64,000 nt of DNA from an uncultured Desulfurococcaceae archaeon (GTDB taxonomy: Archaea; Thermoproteota; Thermoprotei_A; Sulfolobales; Desulfurococcaceae), in contig CAZVAW010000003.1 of the NCBI GenBank assembly GCA_964625205.1, forward strand, positions 13,034 through 77,033, read 5' to 3'. Under the pieces are notes generated by a model, which worked only from the letters and a program-made list of their open reading frames with translations, did not search any database and was not told the DNA's origin. This document shows, one piece after another, positions 55,929 to 64,000 of this stretch. Each line of letters starts with the position of its first letter. Position 1 is the first letter of the stretch. Both the position numbers and the translations under genes were made by a program.

Positions 55929-56906
55929 TTGGTTCATACTATAGTAATTCATAAGGAATGTAATATTATAATTAATGAACTTAAGAAAGAGTTAGAAAAC
56001 AGTAAAATAAGCTATCATGAAATACATTTAACAAATTCTGTATTTAGTGATCTATATAAAGTTTTAAAACATGGTGGAGCTTTGAACAATACTCCAATTA
56101 TAATTTGTCATCCAATTACTGGTGATCTACTTGTTAAACTAGCTATTATACTTTCCTCTAAACCACGTAAAATAGTTCTACTTATACCACCTAATCCAAA
56201 GCATAAAATAGATAGCACTTATGTAAAAATAATACTTTATCTTCTTAGAACAATGCTTACTTTTATGGAAAACATTGGTGTTAAGCAATTGCTAGTGTTC
56301 ACAACACCTTATGAACGCCTACTACTGGATGAAATCATACGTGAGACGCGATATGTATTCTTCCCAACATATGCGATTGAAAAACCAGGATTTAATGACC
56401 TAGTATTTAGTGAGAAACCAGTTATTAGTTTCTTTGTACTTGAACAACAAGATATAGTGATCATTAAGGAAGCGCTTGATATACTTGAGGAACTTGGTTT
56501 TAAACCCTTCTTTATATTAGGTTACGCTAATGAGAATATAAGAGATTGTATAGACGATTATAGAGTAATGTGTATACATACCGAGGATATTGATAACTTG
56601 ATCAAATACTCTACGATAACCGTGGTTAAAACACCGACACCTGAGACAAATAGTGTTATCTTAAAAAGCATACTATACTTTAAACCAGTTATAACAACGT
56701 TAGAACACGGAATAGCACTATATTATAGATACACCGGCTTGATATTTCTACAAAGGAAGTGGGATGGAGAAGCACTTGCTAATAGTATTATAGAAGTATT
56801 GAATAACCTTGACAATATCAAAAAGAAGTCCTTGACAATGGTCATCCTTGATCTAAAGAAAGACTTTGGAAGCCACATTATAACTAGGTTTTTAAAATCA
56901 TCATAA
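55929..56906 (+). CDS. Hypothetical protein, degenerate GT-B glycosyltransferase-like
   Basis: Two Rossmann-like halves by hydrophobic pattern. The C-terminal ETNSVILKSILYFKPVITT weakly recalls the GT4 E-x7-E region. TTG start. Confidence 0.4.
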   Translation: MVHTIVIHKECNIIINELKKELENSKISYHEIHLTNSVFSDLYKVLKHGGALNNTPIIICHPITGDLLVKLAIILSSKPRKIVLLIPPNPKHKIDSTYVKIILYLLRTMLTFMENIGVKQLLVFTTPYERLLLDEIIRETRYVFFPTYAIEKPGFNDLVFSEKPVISFFVLEQQDIVIIKEALDILEELGFKPFFILGYANENIRDCIDDYRVMCIHTEDIDNLIKYSTITVVKTPTPETNSVILKSILYFKPVITTLEHGIALYYRYTGLIFLQRKWDGEALANSIIEVLNNLDNIKKKSLTMVILDLKKDFGSHIITRFLKSS

Positions 56907-56990
56907 AAGCTAAACAACGTGATAAATGCTTATGTTTTTAAGTATTGCATACGAAATATTGTATATGATCTAGGATTTTATGGGGGTAAA

Positions 56991-57737
56991 ATGCAGGTAA
57001 AATACGTGTCGTTACCACTGCTCTTACTTGCTTTAATAGTATATGTTGTTGGTTTTTATTTTACGTATACTCTTGTTACTGACCTACTGGAATTAGTAGA
57101 GGTAATGGAAGCAGTATCGAGTATTAACTTCGATCTTAGAATTGATAAATTGAATATAATTGAAGAAAAACCAGGATTGATACGTATTACGGGAGAATCA
57201 TCTATTAATATTACATGGGGGAAACCAAGTGAAAAACCTGGTCCTACGATCATTTTTAATTACAAGGATGAAGTATTGGCTAAAATAATTCTTAGTAAAA
57301 TGAACCGAGAATACTATAAGACATTTAATTTCACATTACATGCTTCACCATCTGATATAAATAAGTACATAAACGTACACGTTATAGTAAATACTAGTGC
57401 TGGCGAGATTAAAGTTACAAAGAAACTATTTAATATATCAAATATAATAGCGTTTGCTGGTTTTTCGATAGAGAATATGAGACTTTACACGAGAGACAAT
57501 GATTTAAGATTAGATTTTAACATTAGGACAAATTACCCGGTGAAAATACCTATATCCATAGTATTACGTGATAAGAATGGCAATATAGTGGTTAATTCTT
57601 CGTTAACTGACTTTAATACGTTTGAGAACAATCCATACCATGTAAGTATAACTCTCTTCAAAGGTTCAAAAACAATCAAATTTATTTGCATTGAAGTCTA
57701 TGGAGTCGAGATCATTAGAACTGAGATAAAGAGGTGA
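56991..57737 (+). CDS. Hypothetical protein with N-terminal TM anchor
   Basis: ATG 56991 behind GGGGG. TM segment LPLLLLALIVYVVGFYFTYTLV. Confidence 0.5.
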   Translation: MQVKYVSLPLLLLALIVYVVGFYFTYTLVTDLLELVEVMEAVSSINFDLRIDKLNIIEEKPGLIRITGESSINITWGKPSEKPGPTIIFNYKDEVLAKIILSKMNREYYKTFNFTLHASPSDINKYINVHVIVNTSAGEIKVTKKLFNISNIIAFAGFSIENMRLYTRDNDLRLDFNIRTNYPVKIPISIVLRDKNGNIVVNSSLTDFNTFENNPYHVSITLFKGSKTIKFICIEVYGVEIIRTEIKR

Positions 57738-57741
57738 GTAT

Positions 57742-58245
57742 GTGTCTAAGCCTTTAACACTTAAGGAGATAGGAAAATCCGTAGTGATCGGTATAGTGAA
57801 AGGCATTGTCTACTATATAGTGTTTTACGTGATTGTGATAGGACTACTAATTTATTACTTAACGCCTTATCTAGTTTCGGCGTTAGGGGCTAATGAAGGT
57901 ATAGATATTAATAGTTTGTCAAATATTGTTGAATACCAACCTCTCAACTATAATGTACTTACCATATTTATTATATTATCAGTAGCTAGTTCGATTCTCA
58001 GAAGAAATATACCATATGGTTCTGCTATTGCTTCGTTCTTTGGGTTTGCAATGCTGTATATTATTTTAGTAAATCTAGAGTTTGGAAAATTCACAGGCGT
58101 TTTAGGCGAGTATGAGTACACGGTTGATCTATCACCCTTAATAATTAAGCTACTTTACATATCGTTAATATTTACAACAGCAGGTGCTATATTATCTATT
58201 AGAAACGAGTATATTAAACGTTGCAAAAAGACATTGTTTAATTAA
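57742..58245 (+). CDS. Hypothetical integral membrane protein (4 TM)
   Basis: GTG start behind GAGGTGA. Four hydrophobic segments. Confidence 0.5.
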   Translation: MSKPLTLKEIGKSVVIGIVKGIVYYIVFYVIVIGLLIYYLTPYLVSALGANEGIDINSLSNIVEYQPLNYNVLTIFIILSVASSILRRNIPYGSAIASFFGFAMLYIILVNLEFGKFTGVLGEYEYTVDLSPLIIKLLYISLIFTTAGAILSIRNEYIKRCKKTLFN

Positions 58246-59650
58246 TAAACGGCGTGTGCTGGATCAGAAAAGATGCTACAAGGAAATATATTAACGCTGA
58301 TATAATATCACCCAATGTTGTGATCAATGGAGCCGATGCACTCGCTGGATCGAGTTTTAGTTTAGCAAGAATGATTGGAAGTATGGAACCCATTAGATCA
58401 GCTATTAACATTGAAGTAAGTAATGCTATCGAGACGGCTAGCCCAACTATAGAAGCCGCTATATAATTGTTGTAGGAAATATACGTTATTGTAAAAGATA
58501 TAGCAAAAGCAACTGGTAATAGAAAAACAGCCATAACGAGAGATGTTAAGACCTCTTTACGTATGATTCTAAAGATATCTCCAGGTCTAATGTCTCCAAG
58601 TGCCAATCCACGTATGATCAGCGAAGAAGCCTGCGATCCTATGTTTCCAGAGTTATCTGCTAACATTGTTAAAAAAGAAGCAAGTATAGCCATTCTCTCA
58701 ATCAATGTTCTAAAAGATGCTATGATCCCCCCGGTTATAGAGTTCATTAAGTAAAGGAAGAGTATAGGTGGTACACGTCTTTTAACTAAATCCATAATTG
58801 ATGTTCCAGCATAGCTTGTTTTTACTACTTCCATAAAACCACCCATTTTGATCAAGTCCTCTGATAATTCGTTAACAGCTATGTCTAATAGGTCATCGAT
58901 CGTGACAATACCTAACAACTTACCTTTTTCATCTACAACCGGGATCTCAACAAGATCATATTTTATAGCTATTTTCGCTGCTTCCTCACGATCCATTTCT
59001 GGATGTAGTAGTATAGGTGGTTTAGATATGACTGTATCAATAACCTTGTTTCTATCAAGCGTGAGTAATGTCTTAACATCTATCCATCCTAACAAACGGT
59101 TTTTATCATCCACTATGTATATATAATTGTGTCTATCATAATATCCGATCATGTTCTTCTTAACATACTCGGAAAGGATCTCACCAACACGTGAACCACT
59201 ACGAAATACTGGCACACGACTAGTCATTACACCACCGACACTCTCGGGTGGGTAACGAAGTAGTTCAGCAAGTTCACGTGCACGTTTTCGCGACATCATA
59301 CGTAGTACTTGGTTTACTATTCTTGGACTTAATCTTTGGATAAGGTCTACTGCCTCATCTACTGGTAACCAATATATAAGTTCTAGGATCTCGTTGACAC
59401 CCTTATACATCTCGATTTCCCTAAGTACTTCATCATCCAATTTATTCACATAACTCCCAAGTTTAAGGAGGTCAATATATGGTATGATCTTGATCCTATC
59501 CTCGTGATCAAGGTTATTGAGTATATCTACTAGCGTTGCTGGTTCAACGCTATCTAGTATTCGTCTAACACTATTAAAATCCCCAGCATCAATGGCATCA
59601 GATATATCGTCAATTAACTTGTTAACATTAATACTCATTAACAACACCAT
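58238..59650 (-). CDS. mgtE: Magnesium transporter MgtE
   Basis: N-domain, tandem CBS region (ESVGGVMTSRV...IPVVDEKGKLLGIVTIDD) and a C-terminal TM domain with ADNSGNIGSQAS and PLITTLGD. Confidence 0.88.
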   Translation of the reverse strand: MVLLMSINVNKLIDDISDAIDAGDFNSVRRILDSVEPATLVDILNNLDHEDRIKIIPYIDLLKLGSYVNKLDDEVLREIEMYKGVNEILELIYWLPVDEAVDLIQRLSPRIVNQVLRMMSRKRARELAELLRYPPESVGGVMTSRVPVFRSGSRVGEILSEYVKKNMIGYYDRHNYIYIVDDKNRLLGWIDVKTLLTLDRNKVIDTVISKPPILLHPEMDREEAAKIAIKYDLVEIPVVDEKGKLLGIVTIDDLLDIAVNELSEDLIKMGGFMEVVKTSYAGTSIMDLVKRRVPPILFLYLMNSITGGIIASFRTLIERMAILASFLTMLADNSGNIGSQASSLIIRGLALGDIRPGDIFRIIRKEVLTSLVMAVFLLPVAFAISFTITYISYNNYIAASIVGLAVSIALLTSMLIADLMGSILPIILAKLKLDPASASAPLITTLGDIISALIYFLVASFLIQHTPFIN

Positions 59651-59757
59651 GTTCTTACTGCTTTGAATAATTCATAGTTGATAATAATTATTATGTTTGA
59701 AGAGAAGTAAATATCTATGAAAAGCTTTTACTATAATTAAATGCTGTAGAAAAGACG

Positions 59758-60702
59758 TTATAGGTATTTCCACATAGTTAATGGCGTGATCTTATTATCT
59801 TCAATAGGTGATATTTTCCCCTCTCCTATCCTTTTTAATGCTTTATTTAAGGGTTCAGCGTCTAATGCTACAGTTACGGCTACTGAGGCTAAACCACTAT
59901 ATCTGCCCCAGATCGAAACCCATTTATCCTCAGCTTCTTTCTCCGAAACCCCATAAACTACTGAGATTATTTTTCTAAGCCATCTATCAACTGGTGGTAA
60001 TTCATATCTTCTTAAAGCAAGAACAAGTGCAAGCCTAGCTGTGTATTCTCCTACGCCTTTAATAGATTTAAGTATTTCCTCGATTTCCTCGGCTTTAGAT
60101 CTTTGTAAGGCCTTGCAATCAACATTATGCTCTAAGAACCAGTGAGCAATAGAAAGTATTGTTTTCCACCTATATCCTGTTCCAGACTTTTTTAGAAGCT
60201 CTGGTTTCTCGATAATATCTTGTGGTGTAGGTGTTAGGTACGTCTCGTGATCCTCTAAGACTATTTTTCTACCATAATTTTTAACGATATTGTATAGCAT
60301 TTTCCATCCTTGTCTAAAACTAGCGTTTTGTTGACAAACACCAACTACTAATGCCCACCAAAGACTAGTTGAACGTAGTCTCCATCCCGGATATTTTGAT
60401 ATGAATTCTCTTAATAAGGGATCCTTTAATGCTGTTTCATGGAATTCATTTAAATTTTCTCTTAAACCAAGGCTCCAGTAGAGTTTATCCACGTGATCCT
60501 TACATGATAGCTTTGTACATGAGTATATTCTATAGACTCCCCCTATACTTATCATAGCTATAACATTACCGTTGCGATCAAGTTGTATAAACCCGTTTTC
60601 GCCATTAAACCAAAAACTAAAATTGTATGTTGAAAGAATTAGCTTGAGATCAGCATTATCCCCCTTAATTTTACCCCGACACCTAACTTTATATTCCAAC
60701 AT
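59758..60702 (-). CDS. HhH-GPD superfamily DNA glycosylase (AlkA/Ogg-like)
   Basis: Helix-hairpin-helix LKSIKGVGEYTARLAL followed by PPVDRWLRK (catalytic-Asp region). Confidence 0.75.
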   Translation of the reverse strand: MLEYKVRCRGKIKGDNADLKLILSTYNFSFWFNGENGFIQLDRNGNVIAMISIGGVYRIYSCTKLSCKDHVDKLYWSLGLRENLNEFHETALKDPLLREFISKYPGWRLRSTSLWWALVVGVCQQNASFRQGWKMLYNIVKNYGRKIVLEDHETYLTPTPQDIIEKPELLKKSGTGYRWKTILSIAHWFLEHNVDCKALQRSKAEEIEEILKSIKGVGEYTARLALVLALRRYELPPVDRWLRKIISVVYGVSEKEAEDKWVSIWGRYSGLASVAVTVALDAEPLNKALKRIGEGKISPIEDNKITPLTMWKYL

Positions 60703-60726
60703 AGATTACCCGTCATAGAGTTTAAT

Positions 60727-61410
60727 TTACTCCTCGCCTAATAGTTTATCTAGTTTTTCGATAAACCCTCTGAATTTTTCACGTAGCAATATTATTTGCG
60801 CATGTAACCTTATTTCTTGATAATTCCTCGTCTTTTTACCAATAATTCCTTTATTTTGTAGTCTTTTGATCTTTTTAGCTACTTCACCTATAGTATTGTT
60901 TGTTTTCTCGGCCAATTCCTTAATAGTTTTAGACTCTACTATTTTCTCTAGAAAATCCCTTTCCTCCGGTGTAGGTATTGGCGCATATGTGATCGTGTCT
61001 AGTATTTCTTGTAGTGTTTTCCTTATAGAGGCGTATACAATGGTTTCTAATTCTTCGGCGTCAACTATGAATCGATCACTTAGAGTATATACTTTTACGC
61101 CTAGTTCTTCTGCTAGTTTCTCGGCCGATTCATCCGCGTATCCCTTAGCTACAACTAGTGGTTTATAGCCTAGGATTTCAGCGTTTACATATATTTGTCG
61201 GATACCATGAACATCTATATTACCAGCTTTTACCTCGACGGCATATTTCTCTCCATTACTATCTTCCACGATAGCATCTACTTCGCCAACTTCAACGCCA
61301 TCGATTTTAACTTTATGGTTTCTCTCAAGAACCTTGTATCCTAGTTCTTCGAGATACTCTAATGCTATATCCTCGCTACTTCTCCATCTACGTTTTGCAG
61401 AGATGCTCAT
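60727..61410 (-). CDS. PD-(D/E)xK nuclease-fold protein (YraN/Hjc-like core) fused to a C-terminal HTH
   Basis: [24 protein letters not shown]...KYAVEVK (D...ExK) and the C-terminal [30 protein letters not shown]. The start overlaps the cysS stop by 4 nt. Confidence 0.6.
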   Translation of the reverse strand: MSISAKRRWRSSEDIALEYLEELGYKVLERNHKVKIDGVEVGEVDAIVEDSNGEKYAVEVKAGNIDVHGIRQIYVNAEILGYKPLVVAKGYADESAEKLAEELGVKVYTLSDRFIVDAEELETIVYASIRKTLQEILDTITYAPIPTPEERDFLEKIVESKTIKELAEKTNNTIGEVAKKIKRLQNKGIIGKKTRNYQEIRLHAQIILLREKFRGFIEKLDKLLGEE

Positions 61411-62843
61411 TTACGTCTCACCCATGTTGTCTCCATTCCTTTATCCATAAGTATTATCCCTTCTTTACCGAGTTCTGCTCTAATCCTATCAGCTAGATCA
61501 TATAGTTTCATACGTCTAAGTTCTCTACGTATATCAACTATTACCCCTATTAACCGGTCGATCATAGTTTCTAATTCCTCGGGTTTCTCGACAAGATATT
61601 TATCAAGAACTCCTAACACGCGGTTGTATTCCTCGATCAACTTGTATGCAGTATATACTGTTAGATATGAGGGTTTATACTGGATTTTACCAAAGACTAT
61701 ATTTAAATACTTGTTAATAGCAGCGAGTGCTTGTGGTGTGTTGAAATCATTTGATAATGCATAGTGAAACTCCATATGGGTCTTTAAAAGCTCCTCACGT
61801 ATTCTTAGGTCTTCTTCGTCAGCCTTGAACGGATCATTAGCTTCTCTAGCTAATTTCTTAATAAGCTCAACCGCGCTTACTAACCTATTATAGAGCTTCA
61901 CAGCCTGCTCAATAGATTCTTCAGAGAACACTTGTGGTTTACGATAATGAGCCATATAATACCATAGCCTGAGTGGTTCTGGGCCCCATTTGTTAAATGC
62001 TTCTCTTAGTGTAATGATGTTTTTAAGTGATTTACTCATTTTCTCAGAACCTATTATCAACATACCAGTGTGTATCCAGTATTTTACCCAAGGCCTTACA
62101 CCTAGGGCTGCCTCACTTTGTGCACGTTCATTTTCATGATGTGGAAATATCAAGTCTGAGCCGCCACCATGAATATCGAATTGTTTACCTAGATACTTAG
62201 TGCTCATAACACTACATTCGATATGCCATCCAGGCCTACCCTTACCCCATGGCGCCTCCCAATAAGGCTCACCAGGTTTCCACGCCTTCCATAATGCAAA
62301 ATCATATGGCTTCTTTTTCTCACTCACGAACTCTTGTTCCTGGCTCCATAGTGTTTTCTCTAGACGATTACTTAATCTCCCATAGTCTGGGTATTTATCT
62401 ACTTCGAAATACACACTACCACTTGGTGCTACGTACGCGTATCCCTTATCAATAAGTATTTGTATAAAATCTATTATCTCACGAATATGCTCCGTAACAC
62501 GTGGATGGAGATCTACTTGTACATTTAATTTCTTAAGGCTCTCCATATAGTCTTTCGTATAATACTCTACGATTTCACGCCAATCTTTATTTTCTTCCCT
62601 AGCACGATTTATGATCTTGTCATCAATATCCGTTATATTCATAACATGTATTACATAGTATCCTCTCAACGATAAATACCGCTTCAACGCGTCAAATAAT
62701 ACATATGTTCTACCATGTCCTATATGGTTATAATCATATACTGTTGGCCCACATACATAGATCTTTACTATAGGAGGGTCTAGTGGTTTAAATATTTCAA
62801 GTTTACGCGTAAGTGTATTATATAGTTTAATACTTAACGACAT
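61407..62843 (-). CDS. cysS: Cysteinyl-tRNA synthetase
   Basis: [17 protein letters not shown] (HIGH), WHIECS and KMSKSLKN. Confidence 0.92.
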   Translation of the reverse strand: MSLSIKLYNTLTRKLEIFKPLDPPIVKIYVCGPTVYDYNHIGHGRTYVLFDALKRYLSLRGYYVIHVMNITDIDDKIINRAREENKDWREIVEYYTKDYMESLKKLNVQVDLHPRVTEHIREIIDFIQILIDKGYAYVAPSGSVYFEVDKYPDYGRLSNRLEKTLWSQEQEFVSEKKKPYDFALWKAWKPGEPYWEAPWGKGRPGWHIECSVMSTKYLGKQFDIHGGGSDLIFPHHENERAQSEAALGVRPWVKYWIHTGMLIIGSEKMSKSLKNIITLREAFNKWGPEPLRLWYYMAHYRKPQVFSEESIEQAVKLYNRLVSAVELIKKLAREANDPFKADEEDLRIREELLKTHMEFHYALSNDFNTPQALAAINKYLNIVFGKIQYKPSYLTVYTAYKLIEEYNRVLGVLDKYLVEKPEELETMIDRLIGVIVDIRRELRRMKLYDLADRIRAELGKEGIILMDKGMETTWVRRK

Positions 62844-62898
62844 TCCAACATTACGGCACCTCGTAGGAAATATGAGATTATAGTTGAGACTTATAACT

Positions 62899-63624
62899 TT
62901 AATGGTATCTCGCGAAAACCTCTAACACCGTTTTTGCTACCTCAATAAACCTATTACGTAGTTCTTCGAGAGAAGCCATATACTTCTCCTCAGATACAAG
63001 GTTATCGCTTATAACAAGAACAGCTGCTGTCTCCCATCCACGCATCCAACCGAGTGCGAATAACCCAGCTGCTTCCATTTCAACGGCTAATACGCCTCGT
63101 TCTCCCCATTTACGTGCAAATTCCGGATCCTCCGCATAGAATGCGTCACTACTATATACTGGGCCCAACCAGTATTTTATACCATGTTTTTCAAGTTCTT
63201 CCATGATCCTAGTAGTTAGTATTGGATGTGGTGCAGTAGGAGCGCATACGCCAGGTAAGTACTGTTGTAATCCACAACCACCACTAGTATATAACGCAGA
63301 AGACGCTATAACAACGTCTCCCATTTTTAACTCCTTAACTAACCCGCCTGCTGTCCCGATCCTAACTATTCTTTTAGCTCCAAGCATACCTAGTTCTTCG
63401 AAAACTATCATAGCAGAAGGACAACCCATTCCATGCGTAGCTATAGTAACTGGTACACCCTTGTACTCGCCAGTATATGTTAATAGTCCTCGATTATCAT
63501 TTACTAATCTGGGTTTTTCAAGTAGTTCTGATAATAATGTTGCTCTACCAGGATCACCTACTACTATAATATTTTCTGCAATGTCTTCTTTACGTGCCTT
63601 GATATGAAAAGGAGGCCTACTCAT
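62899..63624 (-). CDS. Purine nucleoside / 5'-methylthioadenosine phosphorylase (DeoD-type, PNP/UDP family 1)
   Basis: [17 protein letters not shown] and VEMEAAGLF motifs. Confidence 0.8.
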   Translation of the reverse strand: MSRPPFHIKARKEDIAENIIVVGDPGRATLLSELLEKPRLVNDNRGLLTYTGEYKGVPVTIATHGMGCPSAMIVFEELGMLGAKRIVRIGTAGGLVKELKMGDVVIASSALYTSGGCGLQQYLPGVCAPTAPHPILTTRIMEELEKHGIKYWLGPVYSSDAFYAEDPEFARKWGERGVLAVEMEAAGLFALGWMRGWETAAVLVISDNLVSEEKYMASLEELRNRFIEVAKTVLEVFARYH

Positions 63625-63995
63625 TTCTTTTTACCACTCTTTTTCTTTCTTTTTCTTCTACGTTTACTTTTCTTCTTACTCTTCTTCTTTTTAGCCTTTT
63701 TAGTCTTCTTCAACTTTTTCTTCCCGGCTTTCTTAGCTTTTGTTGAAGTAGTTTTCTTCTTTTTCCTCCTACGTTTCCTTGTCTTCTTACGTTTCTCTTC
63801 AACTAATTTACTACGTGTAGGTGTTATTAGTTCCTCTTTTAAAACCAATCGTTTATCCTCTGGAGTCTCTACAAGTATAGCATCATATTCTAAGTCTTTA
63901 TCATATATTATTGAGTCATAAACCCAATTCTCTCCTTTGAACTCAACGGTATACACAGGTTTTAATTCTTCATTTTCTTTCTTTAAGAAAACCAT
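63621..63995 (-). CDS. Small protein with about 65-aa N-domain and 57-aa poly-Lys/Arg C-terminal tail
   Basis: ATG at comp. 63993-63995. Tail [57 protein letters not shown]. The stop overlaps the phosphorylase start (ATGA). Confidence 0.6.
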   Translation of the reverse strand: MVFLKKENEELKPVYTVEFKGENWVYDSIIYDKDLEYDAILVETPEDKRLVLKEELITPTRSKLVEEKRKKTRKRRRKKKKTTSTKAKKAGKKKLKKTKKAKKKKSKKKSKRRRKRKKKSGKKK

Positions 63996-64000
63996 ACGTG

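Noticed and set aside
63203-63921. Plus-strand ORFs 63203-63607 and 63604-63921 (the latter poly-Phe/Leu).
   Set aside because: They are antisense to the phosphorylase and to the Lys-rich gene. AAG/AAA runs necessarily read as CTT/TTT (Leu/Phe) on the other strand.
1-64000. Searched by eye for CRISPR arrays, tRNA/rRNA genes, transposases, integrases, inteins and known defence genes (Cas, Argonaute, restriction-modification, toxin-antitoxin pairs).
   Set aside because: I found no regularly spaced 25-40 nt repeats and no tRNA-sized GC-rich cloverleaf candidates. No recombinase motifs were seen, and no protein is abnormally long for its family. A visual scan cannot exclude short or degenerate elements.

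Overview
This is an AT-rich window (roughly one-third G+C by eye) carrying about 73 tightly packed protein genes, many with 4-8 nt overlaps at their junctions. It looks like core chromosome of a hyperthermophilic crenarchaeon. Desulfurococcales (Staphylothermus/Ignisphaera-like) is my best guess, based only on composition and gene content. Archaeal hallmarks include ribosomal protein L35Ae and a ribB-ribC(archaeal type)-ribH-GTP cyclohydrolase III operon. Others are an ESCRT-III/CdvB-like protein, diphthine synthase, an isopentenyl-phosphate-kinase-family gene and GGPP synthase. At least eight C/D-box sRNA candidates sit in the longer intergenic gaps.

Most genes are housekeeping:
- Central metabolism: sucCD, gdhA, ppa, a hexulose-6-phosphate synthase and two nucleoside phosphorylases.
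- Translation: trpS and cysS.
- NAD salvage: NAPRT and a nicotinamidase.
- Transport: a heterodimeric ABC exporter, a Fe/B12-type ABC importer, MgtE and a CPA2 antiporter.

I recognise no rRNA, tRNA, CRISPR array, transposase, integrase or known defence system.

The best candidates for something undescribed are:
1. A minus-strand operon (46433-53091) encoding a 1225-aa FG-GAP-like, sequon-dense surface protein, a GT-C-like polytopic membrane protein and two small membrane proteins.
2. A small protein with a 57-residue tail that is 74% Lys/Arg (63621-63995).
3. A secreted protein with a metallothionein-like Cys/His cluster (2034-2657).
4. A nicotinamidase translationally coupled to a wHTH protein, downstream of a duplicated AGTGCACA box.
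5. Several orphan genes with a nuclease-like fold.

All functional calls rest on motifs read from the translations, with no database search. Start codons are often uncertain.
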